A DNA stretch of 64,000 bases from Candidatus Latescibacterota bacterium (lineage in GTDB: Bacteria; Krumholzibacteriota; Krumholzibacteriia; WVZY01; JAKEHA01), in the NCBI GenBank assembly GCA_963707635.1, contig OY970173.1, positions 576,001 through 640,000 of the forward strand. The letters are read 5' to 3'. Shown here in pieces: positions 1-10,309 of the stretch. The notes under the pieces are model-generated. The model was not told where the DNA came from, did not search any database, and saw only the letters and a program-made list of their open reading frames with translations. The position numbers and the translations under genes are program-made. The first letter of the stretch is position 1. Each line of letters starts with the position of its first letter.

Positions 1-108
1 ACCACACCCCACCCGATTACGGGTTGAAACCGCGTGGGTTTCGCCCTATCATCCCACCCGAGAGTGGTGCGGTGAAGGGTGCCGCCAAGGAAAAACCATC
101 CGGCGATG

Positions 109-133
109 GAACGAAACCCCCGCCAGCTTCGTA
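109..133 (+). promoter_or_regulatory. Putative ECF sigma promoter GGAAC-N16-CGTA
   Basis: GGAAC at 109-113 and CGTA at 130-133, about 50 bp upstream of the metalloprotease ATG. Confidence 0.4.
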
Positions 134-182
134 CTAGCTGATCAACCCACCAGTCCCATCCTTCCCAGGAGGTTAGAGGAGC

Positions 183-2921
183 ATGGTTCGCAAATTCGAG
201 ATGCTCGCGGTTTTCTGCCTGCTGTTCGTGTGCGCAGGCAGCGCATTCGCGGGCGAACCGGCCAAGGCCGGGTCCAAGTCCATCGAGGAGCGCCCCTACG
301 CGGTGGAACTCCACAAGAAACTCAAGAAGGATGGCCCCCCGCCGTCCGAGCCGAAATACAAGGCCTGGGACAAGGTCATCACCAAGGACCACAAGAAGAA
401 CGAAGGCCTCCTGACCTTCTATACCAAGCAGGAAGAACTGCTCCTCGAGATCAAGAAGGACGACCTGGACAAGCCGATGCTCGCCATCCTGAGCCTTTCG
501 CAGGGTATCGGATCCAACTTCATCTTCGGCGGGCTTCCGGTCGACGACATCATGTTCGACTTCCACCGCGACGAGGATCACATCCAGATGCGGCGGTTGA
601 CCACCAACTTTCGCGCGGGCGACAACCAGCCGCTCAAGAACGCCCTCGCGCTGACGTTCTCGGAGTCGATTCTGGAGAATTTCGCGATCAAGACCGAAAA
701 AGACGACCGCATCATCATCGACGTGCGGGATTTCTTCCTCTCCGACATTGCCGGCGGGAGCATGTGGATGGGTGCTGCGTTCGGCCAGCCGGTGCGCCTC
801 GACAGCAAGAAGTGCTATCTCGGGACGCTCGCGAACTATCCCGCCAACACCGACATCGACACCCGGCTCACATTCGCGGCCGGGCGACCGGAGGCGCTTT
901 TCCTCCCCAACGTCCCCGATTCGCGCGCGATCCAAATCGGCATCACCTGGAGCTTCCGCAGGCTTCCGGAGGTACCGATGATGCCGCGCATCGCGGACGA
1001 TCGCGTCGGCTATTTCACGACGTCCTACAAGGATTTCACGAAGGAGAAGGAAGAGACCTTCTTCACGCATTATGCGAACCGCTGGCGGCTCGAGAAGAAG
1101 GACTCGACGGCGGCCCTCTCCGAGCCCAAGCAGCCGATCGTCTTCTACATCGACAACACCGTGCCCGACGAGTACGCGCCCTACATGATCAAGGGCGTCG
1201 AGTTGTGGCAGAAGGCGTTCGAGGCCGCGGGCTTCAAGAACGCGATCATCGCCAAGCGGGCGCCGACCAAGGAAGAGGACCCCAACTACGACCCGGAGGA
1301 CGCGCGCTACAACACCATCCGCTGGAATACGTCGGACGAGGTGTACTATGGAGCGATCGGACCCTCGCGCGTCGACCCGCGCACGGGCGAGATCATCGAC
1401 GCTGACATTCTCTTCGAGCACAACATCGTGGCGAACTTCGGCAAGAACTACCGGCGGGTCTCGGGCCCACGCGCCGCGCTGATGGACGTCGATCCGAACC
1501 TGAAGCAGCTGTGGCTGACCGACGACGAGCGGGCGCAGGAACGCGCGCTCATGGCGCTGCCCTATTTCAAGAGCCGGCCCTATGGCCTGTGCGCGGTCGA
1601 CGGATGCATGGAGCTGGGCGCCCAGATCATGCGGCTGTCGATGCTCGCGGCGGGTATCGTGGAGGCGGGCGGCACCGTGCCGGAAGAGTTCATCGGCCAG
1701 GCGCTCACGTTCGTGGCGGCGCACGAAGTCGGCCACACACTCGGGCTCCGGCACAACTTCAAGAGCTCGGGCGCGACGCCCTATGACATGCTCAACGACA
1801 AGAGCGCGATCGACAAGATCGGCATGACCGGCTCGGTCATGGATTACCCGACGCCCAACGTGGCGAAGGATTCGTCCAAGCAGGGGTACTACTTTACCCC
1901 GACCGTCGGGACCGCCGACGTGTGGGGCATCCAGTGGGGGTACACGCCGGTCGCGGGCGCGACGGCGAAGGAGCAGTACGAGAAGGTGGCGGCGATCGCG
2001 GCGGAGTGCACCGACAAGGCGCACCTCTACGGGACCGACGAGGACACCTACCCGATGGGGGCGCTCGACCCGCGCAGCAACACCAACGATCTCTCGGACA
2101 ACCCGATGGCGTGGGCGAGCGAGCGGACCGCGATCTGTGACCAGCTCTTGAAGAGCGGGCAGCTCGAGGCGCGCGTCGTGCCGGAGGGTAGCGACTACGT
2201 TCCGCTGCGCAGCGCGGTGCAGACGCTGTTCGTGCAGAAGTACGTCTGCGCCAATATGGCCACCAAGAACATCGGCGGCATGTACACCGAGCGCGCCCAC
2301 CGGGGCGGCGACAAAGCGCCGTTCACACCGGTGCCGGCGGCGGAGCAGCGTCGCGCGCTGGACTTCGTGATCGCGAACGCACTCAAGGCGGACGCGTATG
2401 CGCTGTCGCCCGACATGCTCAACAAGATGCAGGACGACAAGATCTGGAGTTGGGAGAACAACCTGTTCGAACCGGGCCGTCGCTTCGACTTCCCGATCAC
2501 GGACTGGGTGGAGGCCCTGCAGACCGGCGTCCTCTTCAATATCATGAACCCGTACCTGCAGGCGCGCGTCGTGGACCAGCAGTACAAGGCGGAAGACGCG
2601 TTCAAGCTTTCCGAGCTGTACGGCACGCTCACGAAGTCGATCTGGACCGGCAACATGACGCCGAAGGGCAAGACCGCGGTGTGGGATCGCAACCTGCAGC
2701 GCGTCTACACCGAAATGCTGATCCAGCAGGTGGTGACGCCGTGGCCGGTCACGCCCGACGACGCGATCGCGCTGTCCCGGCTGAACCTGTCGCGTATTCG
2801 CGCGGCGGCGCAGGCGTCGCTTGCGACCAAGGGTCTCGACGACGAGACCAACGCGCACCTGATGGAATCGGTTGCGCGCATCGATCGCGCCCTCAACGCG
2901 AGCCGCGAAGCTGACTTCTAG
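183..2921 (+). CDS. Secreted zinc-dependent metalloprotease (EcxA-like, DUF5117/DUF4953 type)
   Basis: Signal peptide; HEVGHTLGLRH metzincin motif; Met-turn GSVMDY; DPRTGEII motif; GGAG RBS. Confidence 0.9.
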   Translation: MVRKFEMLAVFCLLFVCAGSAFAGEPAKAGSKSIEERPYAVELHKKLKKDGPPPSEPKYKAWDKVITKDHKKNEGLLTFYTKQEELLLEIKKDDLDKPMLAILSLSQGIGSNFIFGGLPVDDIMFDFHRDEDHIQMRRLTTNFRAGDNQPLKNALALTFSESILENFAIKTEKDDRIIIDVRDFFLSDIAGGSMWMGAAFGQPVRLDSKKCYLGTLANYPANTDIDTRLTFAAGRPEALFLPNVPDSRAIQIGITWSFRRLPEVPMMPRIADDRVGYFTTSYKDFTKEKEETFFTHYANRWRLEKKDSTAALSEPKQPIVFYIDNTVPDEYAPYMIKGVELWQKAFEAAGFKNAIIAKRAPTKEEDPNYDPEDARYNTIRWNTSDEVYYGAIGPSRVDPRTGEIIDADILFEHNIVANFGKNYRRVSGPRAALMDVDPNLKQLWLTDDERAQERALMALPYFKSRPYGLCAVDGCMELGAQIMRLSMLAAGIVEAGGTVPEEFIGQALTFVAAHEVGHTLGLRHNFKSSGATPYDMLNDKSAIDKIGMTGSVMDYPTPNVAKDSSKQGYYFTPTVGTADVWGIQWGYTPVAGATAKEQYEKVAAIAAECTDKAHLYGTDEDTYPMGALDPRSNTNDLSDNPMAWASERTAICDQLLKSGQLEARVVPEGSDYVPLRSAVQTLFVQKYVCANMATKNIGGMYTERAHRGGDKAPFTPVPAAEQRRALDFVIANALKADAYALSPDMLNKMQDDKIWSWENNLFEPGRRFDFPITDWVEALQTGVLFNIMNPYLQARVVDQQYKAEDAFKLSELYGTLTKSIWTGNMTPKGKTAVWDRNLQRVYTEMLIQQVVTPWPVTPDDAIALSRLNLSRIRAAAQASLATKGLDDETNAHLMESVARIDRALNASREADF

Positions 2922-2945
2922 ACTGAACGAGGAGCGCAGATTCCA

Positions 2946-2990
2946 AAGAAGACTCCCCCGGTCGTCATCGGCCGGGGGAGTTCTTGTTTG
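2946..2990. terminator. Intrinsic terminator, probably bidirectional
   Basis: CTCCCCCGG...CCGGGGGAG stem followed by TTCTTGTTT, between convergent genes. Confidence 0.75.
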
Positions 2991-3021
2991 GACATTGCGT
3001 TTCGAGAAAACGCCGCGCGGA

Positions 3022-3429
3022 CTACTTGTCGTGGCCCTTCTTCTTCCCGTGTCCGTTGCCGTGCTTCTGGCGCAGGCCGGGCGGGAGGTCGCTGCTGGAG
3101 GATACTACCTTCCAGACGCCGTCGACGCTGGCACTCCACTCCCACGTACCGGCTTCGAAGCGGAAGTACTGGCCCGCGGAGTAATAGTAGTTCGTGAACC
3201 CGGTGACGATATAGACATCGATGTCGGCGTCGTACACGAGCTCGATGCCGTCATGCGCGGTCTTCATCCGATAGCCATGGGCCGGCGCGTGGGGCGGCGG
3301 GCCGGGGTGATCGGCCACCACGGGAGCGTTCGGATCGCGCTCCTGGTAGACGACGGACTTCTTCGCGCATCCGAGCGAGCATGCGACGACGGCAATCAAA
3401 ACGATCAGGGTAACTCGGGTCGCGTTCAT
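3022..3429 (-). CDS. Hypothetical lipoprotein
   Basis: AAGGAG RBS; lipobox-like SLGC; HPGPPPHAPAHGYR and LPPGL...GHGKKK motifs. Confidence 0.75.
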   Translation of the reverse strand: MNATRVTLIVLIAVVACSLGCAKKSVVYQERDPNAPVVADHPGPPPHAPAHGYRMKTAHDGIELVYDADIDVYIVTGFTNYYYSAGQYFRFEAGTWEWSASVDGVWKVVSSSSDLPPGLRQKHGNGHGKKKGHDK

Positions 3430-3485
3430 GGGCGCGCTCCTTATTAATGAGAGTGGGGTCTCCGGAGCGGGGCAGAGCAAGGTTT

Positions 3486-3512
3486 GGACCGGGGAAGGAT
3501 GAGGAGCGTTCC
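3486..3512 (-). promoter_or_regulatory. Putative ECF promoter GGAAC-N16-CGGTCC
   Basis: Same -10 element and spacing as the two promoters flanking the ECF sigma gene at 40 kb. Confidence 0.55.
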
Positions 3513-3551
3513 GTCACGATGGCACGCGACGGGAACGCTTGCAGCGCGGGC

Positions 3552-5336
3552 TTATTTCTCGGTGCCGCGGTTGACGAACGCGCCCGTGCCAATCGCGAAT
3601 GCGGTCGACCCCGACGGGGCCCATACGTCGACCAGGCTCGGGAAGCCGCCCGTCGAAGAGGTCGTCCACGCCTCGCCGTCGAAGTGAACGAACGCGTCGC
3701 GGAACTGCCCGTTGTGGCGGCCGCCGAGGCCCACCACGAACACGTCGCTCGCGGAGACGCCGTAAACGCCTTCCAGCGCGGCTATCGAGCCGACGTTCTC
3801 CGACTTCCACGATGCGCCGTCGAAGCGGAACGCGTTCCCCTGACCGGTCGCGCCGGTGCCGACCGCGATCACGTTGGATGCGGACGAACCCCACACACCG
3901 AGCAGCGCCACCGCGTTGAGCATCGCCATCGGGCTCCACGACACGCCGTCGTAGCGGAGCACGAGCCCGTCGTTGCCAACTGCCAAAATGTTGGAAGGAG
4001 ACGACCCCCACACGGCGTTGAGTGCCTTCGTCGTTCCGGTGACTTCGATCTGCCAGTCGGACCCGTTGTAGTGCAAGACGGTGCCGTTGTTGCCGACGGC
4101 GTAGCGCCTCGTTCGGTGACGGGTACCCAGACCGCGTTGAGTCCCTCGGTGGTGCCGCTCGTCTCCGGCGGCCCACGCGACGCCGTCGTAGCGCATGATG
4201 AGTCCGTCGTCACCGACGGCGATCACGTCGGTCCGGGAGGAACCCCACACGTCGTTGAGCGAACCGCCCACGCCGCCGACCACGAATTTCCAGCCGCTCC
4301 CGTCGCGGTGGAAGATCTGGGAGTGATCACCCACCATCCACACGTCGCTGGCCGACGAACCCCAGATGCCGCGATACACGATCGAGCCGCCGTCGCTCAA
4401 TTCCCGCTTCCACTCGGAGCCATCGTAGCGGACGACGGTGCCGCTCTGGCCGACCGCGATCACATCGCCGGCGGGGTCACCCCACACGCTCTGCATATCC
4501 TGCAGCGTAAAAATGTTGGTGGTGAATCGCGTCCAGTCCGTGCCGTCGTAGTGGAGCACAGTGCCCGCGATCCCGGCGGCGAAGACGTTGGTGGGAGCTG
4601 AGCCCCAGACCGAGAGTAGGTCGCGCGTGACGGTGCTCGTCTGCGACTCCCACGACGTCCCGTCGAAATGGATGATGGCGCCGCTGTTGCCGATCGCGAA
4701 CACGTCGCTCGCGGAGGTGCCGAACACGCCCCGGAGATTCTGCGTGGTCGGCGTCAGCGGACTCGACCAGTCGAGACCGTCGTAGTCCAGCACGAGCCCA
4801 CCGTTGCCGACCACGAACACGCGGTTGGGGGCGAACGCCCACACGCCACGCAGATTGTCCGGGACTCCGACCGGCACCGGGGTCCAATTCGCCCCGTCGT
4901 AGTGAATCACGTTGCCGCTGTTGCCGACTGCCCAAACGTCGGCGCCGGACGCGCCCGAGACGGCGTTCAGGTCGATGGTCACCGGCGAATTCACCCGGGT
5001 CCAGGCCGCGCCGTCGTAGTGGAGGATCACGCCGTTCGCGCCCACCGCAAACACGTCGCTTCCACCTGCTCCCCACACCGCGTTGATCTCCACGCCGACG
5101 CCGGTGTCGAAGTGCGTCCACTGAGTCCCGTCGTAGTGGATTGCCTGTCCGTTGGCACCGACCGCCCAGACGTCGGTCGATGAGGCGACCCAGGTGCCGT
5201 GGAGCGTGCCGATCTCGGCCAGCTCCATCGTGAATCCGTACGTCGGAGGCTCGGGCGGATACACCGTCGAGTCCTGGCAAGCGGGCGACGCGGCGGCCGC
5301 GAGGGCGATCAGAAGCGCAAGGCGAGGATAGGTCAT
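3552..5336 (-). CDS. Beta-propeller repeat lipoprotein (VWGSSxxDVxAVG repeats)
   Basis: About 13 repeats of ~40 aa (LxxVWG..DVxAVG..G.IxHYDG..W); lipobox-like SPAC; compensating frameshifts near 4100-4170. Confidence 0.85.
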   Translation of the reverse strand: MTYPRLALLIALAAAASPACQDSTVYPPEPPTYGFTMELAEIGTLHGTWVASSTDVWAVGANGQAIHYDGTQWTHFDTGVGVEINAVWGAGGSDVFAVGANGVILHYDGAAWTRVNSPVTIDLNAVSGASGADVWAVGNSGNVIHYDGANWTPVPVGVPDNLRGVWAFAPNRVFVVGNGGLVLDYDGLDWSSPLTPTTQNLRGVFGTSASDVFAIGNSGAIIHFDGTSWESQTSTVTRDLLSVWGSAPTNVFAAGIAGTVLHYDGTDWTRFTTNIFTLQDMQSVWGDPAGDVIAVGQSGTVVRYDGSEWKRELSDGGSIVYRGIWGSSASDVWMVGDHSQIFHRDGSGWKFVVGGVGGSLNDVWGSSRTDVIAVGDDGLIMRYDGVAWAAGDERHHRGTQRGLGTRHRTRRYAVGNNGTVLHYNGSDWQIEVTGTTKALNAVWGSSPSNILAVGNDGLVLRYDGVSWSPMAMLNAVALLGVWGSSASNVIAVGTGATGQGNAFRFDGASWKSENVGSIAALEGVYGVSASDVFVVGLGGRHNGQFRDAFVHFDGEAWTTSSTGGFPSLVDVWAPSGSTAFAIGTGAFVNRGTEK

Positions 5337-5447
5337 GGGAGAAAGGCCGCCGGGGAACGGTGAATCCCTAGCATACGCGCTCGCGAGCGACGGGGTCAAG
5401 GCGGGCCTACCTATGGGCGGTGTGCACTCCCTCTGCCGCCCACCAGG

Positions 5448-5540
5448 CAGGCGACATATCGGACTCCGCGCTCATGCGCTCGCGCGCACAAGTTGATACG
5501 CACGACTCGCGAAATCGCACTTCGCCCGAAATGTCGCCTG
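5448..5540. repeat. Intergenic inverted repeat (14/15-bp arms, 63-nt spacer)
   Basis: CAGGCGACATATCGG at 5448-5462 and CCGAAATGTCGCCTG at 5526-5540. Confidence 0.6.
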
Positions 5541-5554
5541 TTCCTCGGGACCGA

Positions 5555-6418
5555 TCATCCTGGGTATTGAAACCCGGTCAGCTGCTCGCTCTCTTCCCAG
5601 AGGCGCCGCTGCGTCTCGCGATCATACGACGTCTCGCACGTTCCCATCGTCCGGCAGTGGCGAAAGTACTGGCCGGTCACCCCTGCGACCTCCGGCGACG
5701 ACGCGAGGTAGACCGGTGTCTCCGCGCCGTCCTCGGGTTGTTTGAAGAGCTTGCCGGTCACGTCCCACGCCAGCTGGAGCGCGGACGAGAAGTTACGCAG
5801 CAGCTTGGTGCGAATCACTCCCGGGTGGAGGCAGTTGGCGGTAACGCCGGTTCCGTCGAGCCGCCGCGCCAGCTCGTAGGTAAACATGACGTTCATGAGC
5901 TTCGTGTTCGCGTAGGCCTGCCAGCCGCGGTACTGGCGCTTCATCTGCAGGTCGTCGAAGTCGATGACACCGCTCGACTGGGCCGTCGATGCCACATTGA
6001 TGATGCGCGCCGGGGCACTGACGAGCATCGTTTTAACAAGCAGCCCCGTCAGCAGGAAATACGCGAGGTGGTTCACGAAGAACTGCACTTCGATCCCTTC
6101 GGGAGTCTCCCGGCGCCGGCTGGTCAGGACCGCTGCGTTGTTAATGAGCACGTCGAGGCGGTTGTACTTCGCCTGGACCTCTGCGGCGAGGGCCCGAATG
6201 GCGGCCGTGGTCGAAAGATCCGCGACCAGCAGGTCGACGGTGGCCGCGGGGACCGCGGCCAGGATCTCCGCGCGCGCCGCCTCGCCGCGCCGCGCGGTGC
6301 GGCTCACCATCACGACATGGGCGCCGAGCGCGGCCAGCCGCGCCGCGGTCGCTTTGCCGATTCCGGACGACGCTCCCGTGACCAGCATGATCTTGCCGTT
6401 CATCCCCACCGTCTCCAT
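5555..6418 (-). CDS. SDR family oxidoreductase (retinol dehydrogenase-like)
   Basis: TGASSGIG, NNAA and YxxxK (YANTK) motifs. Confidence 0.92.
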   Translation of the reverse strand: METVGMNGKIMLVTGASSGIGKATAARLAALGAHVVMVSRTARRGEAARAEILAAVPAATVDLLVADLSTTAAIRALAAEVQAKYNRLDVLINNAAVLTSRRRETPEGIEVQFFVNHLAYFLLTGLLVKTMLVSAPARIINVASTAQSSGVIDFDDLQMKRQYRGWQAYANTKLMNVMFTYELARRLDGTGVTANCLHPGVIRTKLLRNFSSALQLAWDVTGKLFKQPEDGAETPVYLASSPEVAGVTGQYFRHCRTMGTCETSYDRETQRRLWEESEQLTGFQYPG

Positions 6419-6441
6419 GCCGGCATGATACGCTAGTCGCC

Positions 6442-7632
6442 ATGTCCGAAGCGACGGCCAAGCCTCGCGCCATCCTCCACGTCGACATGGACGCGTTCTA
6501 CGCCGCCGTCGAAGTGATGGACCACCCCGAGCTGGCGGGCAAGCCGGTCATCGTCGGCGGCTCCCGCGAAGAGCGGGGAGTCGTCTCCGCGGCGTCGTAC
6601 GAGGCTCGCGTCTTCGGCGTGCACAGCGCGATGAGTTCCTTTCGCGCCCACCAGCTCTGCACGGACGGCGTGTTCCTCCCGCCGCGCATGTCGCGCTACG
6701 TCGAGGTCTCGCGCGAGATCCACGCGATTCTCGAGTCCTACACCCCGCTGGTCGAACCCATCTCCATCGACGAGGCCTTCCTCGACGTGACGGCCAGCCG
6801 CGCGCTCTTCGGCACGGGAGTGGAGATCGGGCGCGCGATCAAACGGCGCATCCGCGGGGAGATCGGGTTGACGGCATCGGTGGGGGTGGCGCCGAACAAG
6901 TTTCTCGCCAAACTCGCCAGCGACCTGGAAAAGCCCGACGGCTTCGTGATGTTCAGCGACGACGACGCGGCGGCTCGCCTGGCGCCGCTTCCGGTCTCGC
7001 GGCTGTGGGGAGTCGGCAAGGTGACGGAGAAATCACTACTCGCCGCCGGCATCCGCACCATCGGCGACGTGGTTACGACGCCGGATGCGTTTCTCGAGGG
7101 GCTGGTGGGTTCCTACGCGCCGCGCATGAAGCAACTCGCGCGCGGGATCGACGAGCGCCCGGTGGTCGCAGACATGGAGGCGAAATCCATCGGCGCCGAG
7201 AACACGTTCGCCCGGGACCTCGCGGGAGCGGACGAGTTGCGCGCGGAGCTGGACCTGCTGGCGGAGCGCGTCGCGCGCCGAGCGCGCGCCGACGGCATGA
7301 CGGGCTACACCGTGAACCTCAAGGCGCGCTACGCGAACTTCACCACGGTGACGCGGGCGGTCACGCTGCCGGAGCCGACGAACGAGTCGGTGGCGATCCG
7401 CGATGCCGCGCGGGAGTTGTTGGAAAGGAAACTGGATCGGAACGGACGCGCGCTCCGGCTGCTCGGGGTGTCGCTATCGAACCTGGCGCACACGGACGAA
7501 TTCGCCCATGACCTTTTCGACACGCCCCGCGCGTCGCGCAATCGGACGCTGGACTCGGTGATGGACGCGCTGCGCGAGCGATTCGGTGCCTCGGCCGTCG
7601 GGCGCGGAATCAAGCGCAGTCGGAGGGAGTAG
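6442..7632 (+). CDS. dinB: DNA polymerase IV (Y family)
   Basis: HVDMDAFYA, SYEAR, SIDEAFLD and LAKLASD motifs. Confidence 0.95.
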   Translation: MSEATAKPRAILHVDMDAFYAAVEVMDHPELAGKPVIVGGSREERGVVSAASYEARVFGVHSAMSSFRAHQLCTDGVFLPPRMSRYVEVSREIHAILESYTPLVEPISIDEAFLDVTASRALFGTGVEIGRAIKRRIRGEIGLTASVGVAPNKFLAKLASDLEKPDGFVMFSDDDAAARLAPLPVSRLWGVGKVTEKSLLAAGIRTIGDVVTTPDAFLEGLVGSYAPRMKQLARGIDERPVVADMEAKSIGAENTFARDLAGADELRAELDLLAERVARRARADGMTGYTVNLKARYANFTTVTRAVTLPEPTNESVAIRDAARELLERKLDRNGRALRLLGVSLSNLAHTDEFAHDLFDTPRASRNRTLDSVMDALRERFGASAVGRGIKRSRRE

Positions 7633-7723
7633 GCGCCAGCGCGTCGCGCCGCACCCCGCCACGTTCCACAAACCCATCTCCGTTGCCTCGAGAAACTTTC
7701 ATGTCACCTCGGCCCGCGGTTCG

Positions 7724-10282
7724 CTAGTTCGTGTTTCCTGTGGGGCCGCCCGCCCCGTTCAGCCCGTTCGGGGATCCTCCGGTGCCGCCGTTACCGCCAC
7801 TGCCGATCGTAAATATTGAGGACGAGATCGTCGGTGCCGAGGAGCCTCCCTTGAAGACACCGTAGCTCGGCCCGCCGGGTCCGCCGGCGCCGCCACCTCC
7901 GGTGCCGCCGTTTCCACCCGCTCCTCCGTTACCACCCGCGCCGACTTCCCCCGTGCAAGCGACCGCGCCTGGGCCACCGCCACCACCCGTTCCGGCGCCG
8001 CCGCCAGCCCCGCCGTTGCCTCCAAGTCCGCCGTTGCCAGACTGGAAGTAGCACGACACGAATTGGGGTGAGGAGTTCACGAGCAAGACGGCGAACGACG
8101 CCCGTCCGCCGGTACCGCCCTGACCGCCGCCGCCACCCGCACCGCCGCCGCCGCCGCCACCACCACCATTACCCGTGCCGTCGTCGCAGAACGTGCATCC
8201 CTGTCCGCCGCCGCCGCCCCCGCCCCCGCCGCCCCGACCGCTCGTACCGGTCCCTCCGGCGTCTGAGACAGCCGGCACCCACTCGTTGACCACGATCGAA
8301 CCACTCCCCGACGCGCTAAAGCCGCCGGCACCCAACGTGCCGAACGCTCCATTGACCCCAATTCCACCCGGGCCACCCGGGTCACCGCCCGAGCCCCCGT
8401 TACCGCCCGATCCTCCCCCACACGCGCCGATAAATCCGGCGGAGCCGGGGTTGCTGCCGGCGGGACCGCCGTTGCCGCCGGAGCCACCGGGGCAGCCCGA
8501 GGGAGACGATCCACCCGTTCCTCCCGGTGCTGTGATATTTCCATCGCAGCTTCCATTCGTGCCGCCATTTCCCGCGCTGCCGTTCGCCCCGGGAGTTCCC
8601 GTCGATCCCGCTGCGCCGGGGCTGGACGCGTTCGGAGCCGTGAACTGGCAATCCTCGAAGCGCAGATTGGAACTCGCTCCGAGCGAGTACAGGGCGATCG
8701 CGTTCGCACTGCCCGACGGCACCAACAGGGTCAGCGCCAGTTTCCGGATCGTGGTTGCCGTGGTGATGTTGTTCGCCGTTCCGCGCGCAGCGCCGCTGAA
8801 GCTGAAAGCAGAATACGAGCCCCCTTCGGCCCAGTACGGCAACACCCGGCCACCGCGCACGTCGATGCCGGACACAAACGTCGGAGCACCGGTGTAGCTG
8901 CCTTGCAGGACGTACACCTCGTCGATGCCGTAAAATTGTGCGCGCGTGTACGCGACCGAAAGGGTCGCGACCGGCAAGGCGGCAGTGCCGGGTTGGGAGT
9001 CGTTTCCGCTGGACGACATGAATACCTGCGCCCGCACGATGACGAGTGCGACTGTGTCGTCGTCGGTGGCTCCGTCGTCGTCGGTGACGCGGAATCTGGC
9101 GGTATAGTTGCCGGGCAGGTAGAGGTGATTCGCGTTGCCCGAGCTGCCGCTGGAGTAGTCGTAGGTGCCGTTGTTCTCCCAGTCCCATTCGTACAGCACG
9201 ATGGTGCCGTCGCCGTCGCTCCCGTTGGCGACGAACAACACCGGTGTCCCGTCCTGCTGCGGCGACGCGCTGACGATGGTCGCCGTCGGCGCGACGTTGG
9301 CGGAGATCGACAGCTTGACGGCGGCGAGTCCGATCGCGCCGTCGTCGTCGGTGACGCGCAATTTGGCGGTAAAATCTCCTTCCGCCGAGTAGGTGTGGCT
9401 GGCGTTACCCGTCGACGCGTTCGAATAGTCGAAGATACCGTCGTCCTCCCAGTCCCACTCGTACAGCACGACGCTGCCGTCCGCGTCGCTTCCGGATGCA
9501 ACGAACTGGACCGGGACGTTTTGAACCTCCGGCGCCGCGCTCGCGATGGTCGCCACCGGCGGGATGTTCGAATCGATCCGCAGCAGCATGGCAGCGAGCG
9601 AAACGATCTCGCCCGCGGTGGTGATGGTCCCGTTCTCCGTGTCTTCCAGATAATGCGCGTGTTCCGCGCGGACCGTGTAGGTTCCGACTGGCACGTCGGT
9701 GAGGGCGTAGGCCCCAGTGGGGTCGGTGACCGCCACGTACGACGTCCCCTGTGCGTAGACCACCGTGCCCTGATGCTCGGTGGCGTTTTCCAGCGTGGCC
9801 ACGCCGCTGAACGTCCCGGTCGGGGTCAGGTCGACGTCGACGATCACGGTGTCGATCATGGCCTTCGGATCCGGCACCGACAGCGAGCGCATCGCGCCGA
9901 GGTGGTCGTCCGCGATCACCTGCAGGAAGTATTCACCCGTGCTCATATTGTCGAACGCGAAGCGCCCGTTTTCGCCCGTCACGGTAACGCGGCGGCCCGG
10001 CGTGCTCTCGCGGGTGGAGCCTGGGCTCGAGGACAGGTGCGCGGCACTCGCCGCGACGCCGTCAGCCGCGGGCTCGATCACCACGAGCGCGTCGGCCACG
10101 GCGTGGTCGTTCCCGTCGCGAACCGCGCCGGCGACCACGGTTGCCTGCGGCGTCGAGTTCTGCGGAAGTGGCGAGTAGTGGTCGCCGTCCTTTCCGCAGG
10201 CGAGGAGCGCGAGCATCACCGCGAGCACGGAAACGCGGCTGGAACGGTGCACTGCGCGGGTCCAGTGTCGGGGCGTCAGCAT
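7724..10282 (-). CDS. Surface lipoprotein with carboxypeptidase-regulatory-like domains, two PKD domains and a Gly-rich (PGRS-like) beta-helix C-terminus
   Basis: LLAC lipobox; two copies of YEWDWE..G..DY and LRVTDDDG; long GGxGGxG tracts. Confidence 0.85.
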   Translation of the reverse strand: MLTPRHWTRAVHRSSRVSVLAVMLALLACGKDGDHYSPLPQNSTPQATVVAGAVRDGNDHAVADALVVIEPAADGVAASAAHLSSSPGSTRESTPGRRVTVTGENGRFAFDNMSTGEYFLQVIADDHLGAMRSLSVPDPKAMIDTVIVDVDLTPTGTFSGVATLENATEHQGTVVYAQGTSYVAVTDPTGAYALTDVPVGTYTVRAEHAHYLEDTENGTITTAGEIVSLAAMLLRIDSNIPPVATIASAAPEVQNVPVQFVASGSDADGSVVLYEWDWEDDGIFDYSNASTGNASHTYSAEGDFTAKLRVTDDDGAIGLAAVKLSISANVAPTATIVSASPQQDGTPVLFVANGSDGDGTIVLYEWDWENNGTYDYSSGSSGNANHLYLPGNYTARFRVTDDDGATDDDTVALVIVRAQVFMSSSGNDSQPGTAALPVATLSVAYTRAQFYGIDEVYVLQGSYTGAPTFVSGIDVRGGRVLPYWAEGGSYSAFSFSGAARGTANNITTATTIRKLALTLLVPSGSANAIALYSLGASSNLRFEDCQFTAPNASSPGAAGSTGTPGANGSAGNGGTNGSCDGNITAPGGTGGSSPSGCPGGSGGNGGPAGSNPGSAGFIGACGGGSGGNGGSGGDPGGPGGIGVNGAFGTLGAGGFSASGSGSIVVNEWVPAVSDAGGTGTSGRGGGGGGGGGGQGCTFCDDGTGNGGGGGGGGGAGGGGGQGGTGGRASFAVLLVNSSPQFVSCYFQSGNGGLGGNGGAGGGAGTGGGGGPGAVACTGEVGAGGNGGAGGNGGTGGGGAGGPGGPSYGVFKGGSSAPTISSSIFTIGSGGNGGTGGSPNGLNGAGGPTGNTN

Positions 10283-10309
10283 AGAGTCCTCCCGGTGCGC
10301 GTGGCCCGG

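Noticed and set aside
3552..5336. Propeller repeats as a diversity-generating retroelement or tandem DNA array
   Set aside because: The repeats are protein-level and diverged; there is no reverse transcriptase or adenine-specific TR/VR pair
8175..8897. Pro-rich plus-strand ORF
   Set aside because: Antisense shadow of the Gly-rich tract of 7724..10282
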